The translations under genes were made by a program, and so were the position numbers. Shown piece by piece: positions 8,255-16,195 of a stretch of DNA of 21,796 nt. How positions within the stretch are numbered: position 1 is the stretch's first letter; every line of letters starts with the position of its first letter. The notes beneath the pieces were generated by a model. That model worked only from the letters and a program-made list of their open reading frames with translations. It did not search any database and was not told where the DNA came from. The DNA comes from a virus: IMG/VR virus record IMGVR_UViG_3300045971_000674, positions 109,230-131,025 of that record. The stretch is one strand, 5' to 3'.

Positions 8255-9223
8255 TCAGGCACTCATGCGAGCAGCGATCGCTGGATGCGGATCGTAGCCC
8301 ATCAGATTGAAGTCGTCCATCTTGTAGCCGTCGAACTCAAGACGGTCAGTCTGGAACTGGAGGATCGGCGGCGTGCGAACATAACGCCCGAGCTGCTCGC
8401 GAACCTGGTCGAAGTGGTCCTTGTAGATGTGCGTGTCGCCGAGGACCATGTGCAGATTGCCAAGATCAGCGCCGATCGAATGGGCGATGAGATACGTGAG
8501 CAGTGCGTACGAGGCGATGTTGAACGGCAGACCAAGGAACGTGTCGATGCTACGCATGTACATCTGGCACGAGAGCTTGTTATTGTTGCTCAGATAGAAT
8601 TGGGCGAACATGTGGCATGGTGGCAGGGCCATCAGGTGCAGTTCGCCAGGGTTCCAGGCCGACATGATGATGCGGCGATCGGTTGGGTTGGTGCGAAGCT
8701 TGTTCACGACATCAGCAAGCTGATCAACCCGCGTCTGCTGGACCTTGGCACCGAAATACGTGCTGGCATTCTCATCGTGATGCAGATAGTCGTCATACTC
8801 GATGATCTGTGTCGACAACCAGTTTCGCCACTGCACGCCATAAACCCGACCCAGATCTCCTGGGAACTTGGGCACGTACTTGGCACCGGTGGTTCCTGCT
8901 GCATTTGGAGACCAGATCGTCTTCTTCATGGGATCACGGGTGCCGTGCAGGATCTCAGCAAGACGGCGCTCATCACCGGAACCCTCGATGAACCACAGCA
9001 GCTCGGACGCCACTGCCTTGAACGGCATCTTCTTGGTGGTCAGGAGCGGGAAGCCGTCTAGTAGGTTGATGGTCAGCTTCTCGCCGAACACTGCACGTGT
9101 TCCCGTACCAGTGCGATCTGCTCGGTCTTCGCCATGCGCCATGATGCGGCGAAGAAGATCGAGATACTCGTGTTCAAAAGTCGGTGGCAGAAAATCGAGA
9201 TGGTCTGGATTGTGGTCGATCAT
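8255..9223 (-). CDS. thyA: Thymidylate synthase
   Basis: DRTGTGT, FPLLTTKK, ELLWFI, GDLGRVYGVQWR, RRIIMSAWNP, MALPPCH (catalytic Cys), RSIDTFLGLPFNIASY and GDTHIY motifs. Confidence 0.98.
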   Translation of the reverse strand: MIDHNPDHLDFLPPTFEHEYLDLLRRIMAHGEDRADRTGTGTRAVFGEKLTINLLDGFPLLTTKKMPFKAVASELLWFIEGSGDERRLAEILHGTRDPMKKTIWSPNAAGTTGAKYVPKFPGDLGRVYGVQWRNWLSTQIIEYDDYLHHDENASTYFGAKVQQTRVDQLADVVNKLRTNPTDRRIIMSAWNPGELHLMALPPCHMFAQFYLSNNNKLSCQMYMRSIDTFLGLPFNIASYALLTYLIAHSIGADLGNLHMVLGDTHIYKDHFDQVREQLGRYVRTPPILQFQTDRLEFDGYKMDDFNLMGYDPHPAIAARMSA

Positions 9224-9792
9224 GCGTGTTCCTTGAGGTACTTGGGCGGCACATGGTCAACCAACCACACACCATTTTCAGAGATGAAGAACTTGTGGCC
9301 GACGGCCAGCATCTGCTTGGCGTCGATGGCGAGGACGGTGTGGCCCGATCTGCGACGACCGCCAACCATCTGCGCCGTTTCAACGTCAGCTGAGAGGTGA
9401 ACATGATGGCGCTTCTGTGGTGTCAGGCCTTCCTTCATGATGATGCCCATGAAGCGGTCGTCAGCACCGTGGTAGAGAACAACCGGCGGAACGGCCACTT
9501 TGAAGTGCATCTTGACTGACTTCGTGCTGTGACCCTGGTTGGCGCGGATGTGAGTGGGCTCTCGAATGACTTCGAGGTCACTGCCACAATGCGCCATCTC
9601 CCAGTACCGAATGGAGTACCGGCCCTTGGCATCGGTCTCGGTGATCTTCTCGAGCTCTTCAACCGTGAAGTCGGTGTTCGTGATGAGCTGGGTGATGTCA
9701 CACCAGCCCTCTTTGTCGAGGGTTAGGTTGGCAGTCTCTGGCTTGTGTCGCAGGAGAAGCGACAGGTACTTTGATCGTTGTTCGGTGGTCAT
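9220..9792 (-). CDS. kptA: NAD-dependent RNA 2'-phosphotransferase (Tpt1/KptA)
   Basis: SKYLSLLLRH, LDKEGW, KGRY, IRANQGHS, LYHG, RHHVHLS and SENGVWL...VPPKYL motifs. Confidence 0.95.
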   Translation of the reverse strand: MTTEQRSKYLSLLLRHKPETANLTLDKEGWCDITQLITNTDFTVEELEKITETDAKGRYSIRYWEMAHCGSDLEVIREPTHIRANQGHSTKSVKMHFKVAVPPVVLYHGADDRFMGIIMKEGLTPQKRHHVHLSADVETAQMVGGRRRSGHTVLAIDAKQMLAVGHKFFISENGVWLVDHVPPKYLKEHA

Positions 9793-9798
9793 GAGATC

Positions 9799-9807
9799 AT
9801 TGTAACA
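9799..9807 (-). promoter_or_regulatory. Extended -10 (TGtTACAAT) 6 nt before the kptA ATG; leaderless candidate
   Basis: Minus strand TGtTACAATgatctcATG, with no Shine-Dalgarno sequence. Confidence 0.6.
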
Positions 9808-9814
9808 CGACCCG

Positions 9815-10363
9815 TCAGTCGGCCACCTTCACTACCAGGTTGTCCTTGTCCAACCTGGAGAAGATCTCCTTGAGGATGGCCACCGACAACTCGAAGAGGG
9901 CGATGTTGTGCCGCTCGTCCCGATGCCCAGCCACGTTCAGGGTGCCGATCTCCTGCTCCTTGATCCAGCAGACAGCGTCATGGATCTTGGCCTCGATGGC
10001 TGCGTCAAAGGCAGCGCCCTTGGCCTCAAGCGGTAGGAAGAACTCGAAGAGCGGTTTGCCATTCGCAAGTGTCTGGTTGATGGTCAACCTGGTGCCAGGC
10101 GTCTCACGATCGTAGTAGATGATGAGCGTGCCATCAGCCTGTTTGATGTTCTTGATGGTGCGGGGACGGTAGTCGCTGTCACCGTCTTCGAGCAGACCAA
10201 AACACTGGAGGAGCGGGTTGGCGCCGCGATCTGTCTTCCAGCCCTTCGGAGCATGTCCGGCCGTGGAGATGCCAGACTGGAAGGCAGCCACGAGAGCAGC
10301 TTGATCCACACCAGTCTGACCGCCAGAGATGACCTCGCTGAGGCCGTAGTACTTGAACTTCAT
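9815..10363 (-). CDS. SLOG-superfamily protein ('putative molybdenum carrier' family)
   Basis: [38 protein letters not shown] and LNVAG.R motifs. Confidence 0.85.
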   Translation of the reverse strand: MKFKYYGLSEVISGGQTGVDQAALVAAFQSGISTAGHAPKGWKTDRGANPLLQCFGLLEDGDSDYRPRTIKNIKQADGTLIIYYDRETPGTRLTINQTLANGKPLFEFFLPLEAKGAAFDAAIEAKIHDAVCWIKEQEIGTLNVAGHRDERHNIALFELSVAILKEIFSRLDKDNLVVKVAD

Positions 10364-11280
10364 ACCTTCACATCGATCTTCTCGGGGCCAGGGCGGGTGA
10401 TGGCCTCGAGATCCTCGACCTTGGCGCGGTCTAGTTTGTCGGGTGTCGTGAAGATTGGGTCGACACGTACGTAGAGGTCGGCGCGACCATTCTCTGGCCG
10501 TTGGTACTCGTGCAACCAGTTGAAGTACCCCTTGCCCTTGACGCGTAGGCGTTGCACTGGGTTGAAACCACCAGGAAGACGGACCTGGTACTCATCACCA
10601 AGGAAGTCCTTGACCTTGATCCAACCGCCGAGGATCAGATCAAGCGCATCGGTCTGGACAGACGTTTCGACATCGCCCGTCTCGAGCACTGCCACCTGCT
10701 TGCCGTCGATGACCTTGACATTGAAGCCGCACTCAGTCGGGTCCTTCACTCGGAAGTTCGGATCGACGATGCGAGTGATGACGATGATCTGCAGGTTCTC
10801 GTCGATGTCGTGCACAGTCTTGAACCCGGTCGGCGTGCCGGGTTTGACCTTGAGCTGCATCTGCTTGCCCTGCATGTCGATGGAGACCTCGAAGCCCTTG
10901 TAGGCATCTGCGAGGGTGACACGTGCGTTGAACTCGGCCTGCTGCTTGAACTGCCGAAAATGGCCGTCCATGCCACGCGCCCGCCGAAGCTGATCGAGGA
11001 TGTCACTCATCTCAGAGGGGTTGGCTTGGCGGAAAGCGGCTTGCTGGAAGCCATGGCCATGCTGGTCGTATGCAACCCTCTTTGGTCCATCCGAAAGTAT
11101 CTCGTAGGCCTCCTTGGCCTCCTTGAACTTGGCTTCGTGCTTGTTCTTCTCGTCATCAGGCAAGGATTGATGCTTGTCCGGGTGATGCACAGACGAAAGC
11201 TTGCGATAGGCCTTCTTGATGTCTTCTTCGGTGGCCGTCTTGGTTACACCGAGGACTTCATAGAAATCTCGTTTGGTCAT
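10360..11280 (-). CDS. dnaJ: DnaJ-family co-chaperone (class B/CbpA-like, no zinc finger)
   Basis: [16 protein letters not shown]...[22 protein letters not shown]; C-terminal LRVKGKG...DLYV; no CxxCxGxG repeats. Confidence 0.92.
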   Translation of the reverse strand: MTKRDFYEVLGVTKTATEEDIKKAYRKLSSVHHPDKHQSLPDDEKNKHEAKFKEAKEAYEILSDGPKRVAYDQHGHGFQQAAFRQANPSEMSDILDQLRRARGMDGHFRQFKQQAEFNARVTLADAYKGFEVSIDMQGKQMQLKVKPGTPTGFKTVHDIDENLQIIVITRIVDPNFRVKDPTECGFNVKVIDGKQVAVLETGDVETSVQTDALDLILGGWIKVKDFLGDEYQVRLPGGFNPVQRLRVKGKGYFNWLHEYQRPENGRADLYVRVDPIFTTPDKLDRAKVEDLEAITRPGPEKIDVKV

Positions 11281-11281
11281 G

Positions 11282-11587
11282 TCAGATCTCGATCGTGATG
11301 GTCTTGTTCACCTGAACAGGTTTCATCAGGACGATCTTGAACGCCTTCGGCGTATGCCACTGCGACTCCTTGGACTTCTCCTCCGCCCTGAGCCAGGCAA
11401 GAGCCTCTTCCCGAGTTCCGAGCCGTACGATCTTGATCCATGGAGATGTGCTGAAGCCGCCACCCTCGCGCTCGGAGTAACCATCGTGTGTGGTGACGGT
11501 GTCGTTCACGAGCGCGTAGTAGCACTCGGCATCATCGAGAAGTTCCACCTTGTTGGGGTTCTCTTTGTAGAATGTGTCCATGCTCAT
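11282..11587 (-). CDS. Hypothetical protein (101 aa)
   Basis: Fits between its neighbours with 1-nt gaps; natural composition. Confidence 0.75.
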   Translation of the reverse strand: MSMDTFYKENPNKVELLDDAECYYALVNDTVTTHDGYSEREGGGFSTSPWIKIVRLGTREEALAWLRAEEKSKESQWHTPKAFKIVLMKPVQVNKTITIEI

Positions 11588-11588
11588 G

Positions 11589-12002
11589 TTAGCGTCCCGC
11601 TGTCAGGTTTTCAGGATCGATGTCCAAAGGACCGTCTAGAGGATATTCTACCCACTTTCCGTCCTGTCGGACTTCCATCCGCAGGTTCCATGGGTTCATG
11701 CCATCCTCGACGGCACGGTCAATCTCGTCCAGCACGCCGAGCTTCTTCCAGCACTCACGACGGTGCCATTCCTTGAACACCTTGGTCCCGCACATCTTCA
11801 CGAAGGCGTCGGACTTGTTGTCCTTCTGGCTGCGGCCATCTTGAGAGTAGGCCGTAGCTCCACTCGCCTTGTGCGTGCAGTGAACTGCGGTCAGTGACTT
11901 ATTGCGTGCCTGCCCACCTGCGCCCTGCCCATGGGAGTATGCCCAGGTGCAGTCTGCTGCAGTGACCGAGAACAAGAGCTCGCGCTTCTTAGTAGTACTC
12001 AT
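11589..12002 (-). CDS. Peptide chain release factor domain protein (GGQ peptidyl-tRNA hydrolase, ArfB/PrfH-like)
   Basis: GAGGQARNK..TAV..TH..SG......GRSQ.DNK..A matches the class I release factor catalytic domain; there is no codon-recognition domain. Confidence 0.9.
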   Translation of the reverse strand: MSTTKKRELLFSVTAADCTWAYSHGQGAGGQARNKSLTAVHCTHKASGATAYSQDGRSQKDNKSDAFVKMCGTKVFKEWHRRECWKKLGVLDEIDRAVEDGMNPWNLRMEVRQDGKWVEYPLDGPLDIDPENLTAGR

Positions 12003-12117
12003 ACTTGTTGATGAACTCGTGCTTGGTGTCAGGGTCAGCCCACCAACTGTATAGGGTAAACGCCAAGCCGATCAAACAGCCGACAACGATACCAAAGAGG
12101 ATGACGTCGTGGGTCAT
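11989..12117 (-). CDS. Small single-pass membrane protein (42 aa)
   Basis: MTHDVILFGIVVGCLIGLAFTLYSWW hydrophobic helix; ATGA overlap with the upstream stop. Confidence 0.65.
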   Translation of the reverse strand: MTHDVILFGIVVGCLIGLAFTLYSWWADPDTKHEFINKYEYY

Positions 12118-12569
12118 GTGAGGTGCTTTCGGATTATGGCGTAGATCTCGGGCTCGATTTCTTTCCAAGCCTCCCACGCCTTGATGAGGCTCTCGTGTTC
12201 CTGCTTGATGTGCTTGAGGGCGACTGGCGTCTTGCCATCCTCTTGATAGATGATTATATCACCATCGCGCCGATAAGACATGGGCTTTGTGCTGATCGTG
12301 TAGGTCTCTTCACGGACTTGGTCAAGGATTGCCCCAGGGTCCTTCAGTGACAAGTCAGGTAGGCGATCAGGGCCTTGCTTCAGCCCACGCACAAAGGTCA
12401 GGGGCTTCTCACTGTCCCTGTAGGAGTACGTAAAGCCAACCACTGGTAGGTATTGCTCGGAACTGAGGTACCATCGCTCGTTGAAGAAGGGATCGCCCAC
12501 CTCTACAAGCTGCGATAGATCAAGCCGCTTGCCCATGAATGTGGCATGCCACAGGGGGGAGGAGATCAT
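12114..12569 (-). CDS. Hypothetical protein
   Basis: Start reassigned to the ATG at 12569 (ATGA overlap with the 12566 stop). Confidence 0.7.
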   Translation of the reverse strand: MISSPLWHATFMGKRLDLSQLVEVGDPFFNERWYLSSEQYLPVVGFTYSYRDSEKPLTFVRGLKQGPDRLPDLSLKDPGAILDQVREETYTISTKPMSYRRDGDIIIYQEDGKTPVALKHIKQEHESLIKAWEAWKEIEPEIYAIIRKHLT

Positions 12570-13027
12570 GGGATGAACGTCACGCCAGCAGGGTAGGAGC
12601 CGAGAGATGGTGTCCAATGGGCCGAGGCGCCCTCCTGCCGGACTGGGACCTTTCGTCCAAGCCTACGCAGCTCGGTGATCGCCTCATCCTTCGTGATGCG
12701 GATGCGGAAGTACTTATCACAGCGCTCGCCGTTGAACCGACCCGGCTCTGCCCTTTGACGCTCCCACATCACTTGCGTCTTCGCGAGTTCTGAAAGGCAG
12801 CGCTGAACGTGGCCACGCCGACCAAGCGACGAGGGCTTCTTCTGGCCAGCGCCAGACCAACTCCACCGGCGAGTGATCTGCTTGATTTGCGGATTTCCGA
12901 GGACCTGCGGTGCGTCGATCGCAAGTGTGATTCGGCTAAGCGCGACCACGGTGCGGCCGAGCGCCGCATACTCGAGAACGTACACGCGGACTTTCTCGAG
13001 CAGGTCAAGGGGACGGCGGGCGCTCAT
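12566..13027 (-). CDS. Hypothetical basic protein (153 aa)
   Basis: ATGA overlaps at both ends; Arg-rich, possibly nucleic-acid binding. Confidence 0.65.
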   Translation of the reverse strand: MSARRPLDLLEKVRVYVLEYAALGRTVVALSRITLAIDAPQVLGNPQIKQITRRWSWSGAGQKKPSSLGRRGHVQRCLSELAKTQVMWERQRAEPGRFNGERCDKYFRIRITKDEAITELRRLGRKVPVRQEGASAHWTPSLGSYPAGVTFIP

Positions 13028-13341
13028 ATGAAGGGGCGAGGGTTGGGTTGGGACTCGTACGTGTAGCTCTTGCCGATGGTGATGCCAAGGAAGGTCACGC
13101 TCTGCAGCGTGTGGCCGTCGTAGTAGGTGTCCTCATACCCGAACCAACCGAAGATCTTGGGCTGGAAGCAGGCGAAAACTTCCCACTGCTCGAGGATCTC
13201 CCACTCCTGGTTGTCGAAGTGCTCGTTGTTGAACCGCTCCCACTCCCATTTCCAGATGAAGTGGAGCCGGCCGAAGTGCGTGTAAAACGACTTCTGCGGT
13301 AATTCCAGCGGACTCAGCGGCAGGGGCAGCGGCTTAGACAT
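13024..13341 (-). CDS. Hypothetical aromatic-rich protein (105 aa)
   Basis: Overlaps the topoisomerase stop by 8 nt; rich in W/F/Y. Confidence 0.7.
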   Translation of the reverse strand: MSKPLPLPLSPLELPQKSFYTHFGRLHFIWKWEWERFNNEHFDNQEWEILEQWEVFACFQPKIFGWFGYEDTYYDGHTLQSVTFLGITIGKSYTYESQPNPRPFI

Positions 13342-14689
13342 TGATCGCCTTCAACTCGCGGCGGTACATGTCGGTCGCGGTATCGGACTCCATCGCGGCG
13401 AGCTGGGCCTTGAGGTCGGCCAGCTTGGACTCGAGCTCAGCGATCTTGTCCTTGGTCAGGTTCCAGATCGCCATGGCCAGCAGGCGCTCGTAGTCGACGA
13501 AGTCGTTCTCGAGCATGATCGCGATCAGGTCCTTCTTGCCCGTGTCCTTGAAGCGCTGTGCATTCTTGAGGTAGAAGCGGATGAAGCGCACGACTTCGGA
13601 GGCGAAGCGGACTTGCTCCTTCAGGTCAGCGATGATGTGCTGCCGACGCTTCTCCATCATCTCGAGCCGCCACGGAATGAAGGCCTCGACGATGGCTTCG
13701 GCGGACTCGAACCGTTCGAGCACTCCGTCGACGTTCCACAGCGTGAAGTTCTCGGTGTCGCGGGACACGATGCCGAACTTCTTGTAGAGCTCCTCGATGG
13801 GCAGCGCCGTGGTGGAGCGCGGGCACTGAATCTCGAAGTCGAATGCCTCTTCGGTCGAGCGGTCGTCGTAGCCCTTGATGAACTCGAGGTCCTCGAGCTT
13901 GTTGAGGCGTGCCTTGTACTGGTCGAGGAAGGTGCCGATCGGCAGCTCGGTCACTCGGATCGTGGTGCTGTTGACCACCTCAAGCTTGCCCGTGATCACG
14001 ATCTGGCCTTCGGCATTGCGCTCGATGGTGCCGTTGAAGCCGTTGAACCACGGTACCAAACTGCCGGACTTGAGGCGCTTGCCGTCCAGGACTTGGAGGC
14101 AGGCCTTGACGAGGTCCTTCGGGTTGTAGGCCATGATCAAGCACGCGTGGCCGGTGCCGGTACCGACTGCACCATTGAGCAGCGGAATCGGCAGCAGGGG
14201 TGCGTACGTGATGGGCTCGATCTTCTCGCCGTCGGTCTCGTGATGTTCGAGGATGGCGTCATCGGCCTTGGGGAAGAGGGTGCGGAAGTGGGGCGAGAGC
14301 TTCGTCTCGATGTAACGTGCAGCAGCTGCATCGGGTGTGAGGCGCGAACCGAACTGTCCTTCCGGCAGGAACACGTTCATGTTGTTCGAGCCGGGATACT
14401 TGTTCGCGAGTCCGACGATGGCACCTGCCATGGAGCCGGTACCGTGGTGGTAGTCGGTGGATGCCGCGATCGCAGCAGCCAGACGTTCGACGGAGAGCAG
14501 ACCCGCGTTCTCGCCACGGAGGAGAGTGCCGTAGATGGCCTTCCGTTGGGAGACCTTCAGACCGTCGGTGATGATGGGGATGGAGCGACGGTTGTCAGCG
14601 AGCGAGAACTCCTTGAACGCTGTGTTGAAGAAGTGTCGAGCCGGAATGCGGCGGACCTTGAGATTGCCGGTGTCGGTAGTGTGCTTCAT
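13334..14689 (-). CDS. DNA topoisomerase II, breakage-reunion subunit (T4 gp52 / GyrA-ParC-like, no CTD)
   Basis: RSIP...DGLKVSQRK, YHHG, GQFGSR, AAARY (catalytic Tyr), LLNGAVGTGTG and VTELPIG motifs. Confidence 0.96.
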   Translation of the reverse strand: MKHTTDTGNLKVRRIPARHFFNTAFKEFSLADNRRSIPIITDGLKVSQRKAIYGTLLRGENAGLLSVERLAAAIAASTDYHHGTGSMAGAIVGLANKYPGSNNMNVFLPEGQFGSRLTPDAAAARYIETKLSPHFRTLFPKADDAILEHHETDGEKIEPITYAPLLPIPLLNGAVGTGTGHACLIMAYNPKDLVKACLQVLDGKRLKSGSLVPWFNGFNGTIERNAEGQIVITGKLEVVNSTTIRVTELPIGTFLDQYKARLNKLEDLEFIKGYDDRSTEEAFDFEIQCPRSTTALPIEELYKKFGIVSRDTENFTLWNVDGVLERFESAEAIVEAFIPWRLEMMEKRRQHIIADLKEQVRFASEVVRFIRFYLKNAQRFKDTGKKDLIAIMLENDFVDYERLLAMAIWNLTKDKIAELESKLADLKAQLAAMESDTATDMYRRELKAINV

Positions 14690-14695
14690 GTTGCT

Positions 14696-14704
14696 ATTAT
14701 ACCA
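14696..14704 (-). promoter_or_regulatory. Extended -10 (TGgTATAAT) 6 nt before the gp52-like ATG; leaderless candidate
   Basis: Minus strand TGgTATAATagcaacATG, with no Shine-Dalgarno sequence. Confidence 0.7.
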
Positions 14705-14707
14705 CGC

Positions 14708-14926
14708 TTAGGACGTGGCGTGTTGCAAGAGTTGTAACCGACGGGAAGACCAGCCCGAGCCAGGGCTGACCCATTGACCGTTCTCCCACACGTGCCAGAT
14801 ATCCGTCTTCTGCCAGCATTCCACGGGGTGGTCGATCACCGTGTTGTAGTGCAGGCCGTGTGTCAGCCTGTAGTAGTCGACCTGTCCATAGAACTCGGCG
14901 TGATGAGTCGCATCTGTTGGAATCAT
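14708..14926 (-). CDS. Hypothetical protein (72 aa)
   Basis: ATG at 14926 (MIPTDATH...) lies 2 nt after the upstream stop; PxxATH N-terminus and Trp-rich tail are common in small phage proteins. Confidence 0.65.
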   Translation of the reverse strand: MIPTDATHHAEFYGQVDYYRLTHGLHYNTVIDHPVECWQKTDIWHVWENGQWVSPGSGWSSRRLQLLQHATS

Positions 14927-14928
14927 GG

Positions 14929-15645
14929 TCAGTTCGGCGCAGCGCCACCAGTGCCTTGCCACTTGTACAGAGGAACGAGCTTCCGGCTGGCGCCGTCCCA
15001 GTTCACACTGTGACACCACTTTGTGGTCTCAGGCGTGCTCGGCTTCGCGCACGCGGTCACGAACTCGGCCTCGATCGCCTTGATGCGGGCACGAAGAGCC
15101 AGGCTCCGATCTTGCGCGTCGGTGAACGCTGCGAAGTTCCGCTTCATCTCGGCGTCGATCTGGGCGATCCGCGCGTTCTGCTTCAGGATCACGGCGTTCA
15201 CCGGATCAACGTTCACTTTGTTCCAGTCCTTCGTGAACTGTTCCCACCAAGCGATCTTCGCGGTGCGCCAGACATCAAGGTTCGCCTTGTCAGACACGCA
15301 CCTGTTGTACTGGTCCATCTCGGTCTCGCGATTGAACTGGCGACCACAGCGGGTGTTGTACTCGGCGACGGCGCCCGCCACTTCCTGCTCGAGCGGCGCC
15401 TTCACTGTCCGTTCGACGTTCGCGATCGCAGTTGCCAGCGCGGTCTTCTTCTGCGTCTGGTCGGCGATGTACACGTCGTACTCCTTCTTGAGTCCGATGT
15501 TCGCGTCAGTCGTTGCCGACATCGTCGCGTTCAGACCAGGCAGCTCAGCGACAGCCGAGTCGAGTTCGGAACCAAGGCTGGCGAGACCCTGTGCGTGTGC
15601 CGAGACTGAGAGCAGCAGGGCCGCAAGACCAACAGAGAGCTTCAT
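14929..15645 (-). CDS. Secreted/periplasmic coiled-coil protein (238 aa)
   Basis: Sec signal MKLSVGLAALLLSVSAHA/Q, long helical heptad-like body and four Cys in two pairs. Confidence 0.75.
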   Translation of the reverse strand: MKLSVGLAALLLSVSAHAQGLASLGSELDSAVAELPGLNATMSATTDANIGLKKEYDVYIADQTQKKTALATAIANVERTVKAPLEQEVAGAVAEYNTRCGRQFNRETEMDQYNRCVSDKANLDVWRTAKIAWWEQFTKDWNKVNVDPVNAVILKQNARIAQIDAEMKRNFAAFTDAQDRSLALRARIKAIEAEFVTACAKPSTPETTKWCHSVNWDGASRKLVPLYKWQGTGGAAPN

Positions 15646-15869
15646 TGGTTCACCTTTTCAGGCACGAGGCGGATTGGCGTCGAGGCAGCGCGTGCCGGCA
15701 CTGCTTTGATTGGCTTCACGATCACTGGGATCGGGGGCGGAGGGGGCGGAGGTGGTGGCGGAGGGAGGATCGTCACACAGCCAGGTGCGTTCGGGCAGAT
15801 CAACACGGGTTGAAGCGTCTGCGCGTGCGCTGTGCCGACGAACAGAACACAGAGGATAGCCAGCTTCAT
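15642..15869 (-). CDS. Small secreted proline-rich protein (75 aa)
   Basis: Signal MKLAILCVLFVGTAHA/Q, a C-x5-C pair and 11 consecutive Pro; ATGA overlaps at both ends. Confidence 0.7.
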   Translation of the reverse strand: MKLAILCVLFVGTAHAQTLQPVLICPNAPGCVTILPPPPPPPPPPPIPVIVKPIKAVPARAASTPIRLVPEKVNQ

Positions 15870-16195
15870 TTGATGTCGGCCTCGAGGGCGCCCGTGTCAA
15901 TCATCTGCTCGGCAGGCCGGCCAGCCTTGAAGATCTTGCCGTTCCACAGCGCGTAGCTGTAGCCTGTCTGCATGCAGTAGGTGTAGAGCTCATGCGGTTG
16001 CATGATCACGCCAGGCACGAAGATCTGCTTCCAGGTTGGGCGATCCATGGTGATCCAGCGATGGCCTTCGGCCTTTTGTAGGGCACGCTTCGCATCGAGC
16101 AGAGCCTCTTCGGCTTGGTATACGGCCTGCTCGGCGGCCTTTACGGCGGACTCGGCCAAATCGAGCTTGGCTTGATGTTCAGGGGTACGGCTCAT
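15866..16195 (-). CDS. Hypothetical protein (109 aa) with an N-terminal coiled coil
   Basis: ATGA overlap with the topoisomerase stop; GGAGG RBS. Confidence 0.75.
   Translation of the reverse strand: MSRTPEHQAKLDLAESAVKAAEQAVYQAEEALLDAKRALQKAEGHRWITMDRPTWKQIFVPGVIMQPHELYTYCMQTGYSYALWNGKIFKAGRPAEQMIDTGALEADIK

Noticed and set aside
8255-9223. TS homologue as a base-modification enzyme (dCMP hydroxymethylase)
   Set aside because: Motifs are canonical ThyA, including the Asn specificity residue; no modification genes are adjacent.
11589-12002. Release factor as evidence for stop-codon reassignment
   Set aside because: It lacks the codon-recognition domain, conserved genes are intact under code 11, and TAA, TGA and TAG all end genes here.
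14929-15869. Spanin (Rz/Rz1) call
   Set aside because: No lipobox Cys at the cleavage site, both signals look cleavable, and no endolysin or holin is nearby; kept only as a remote alternative.
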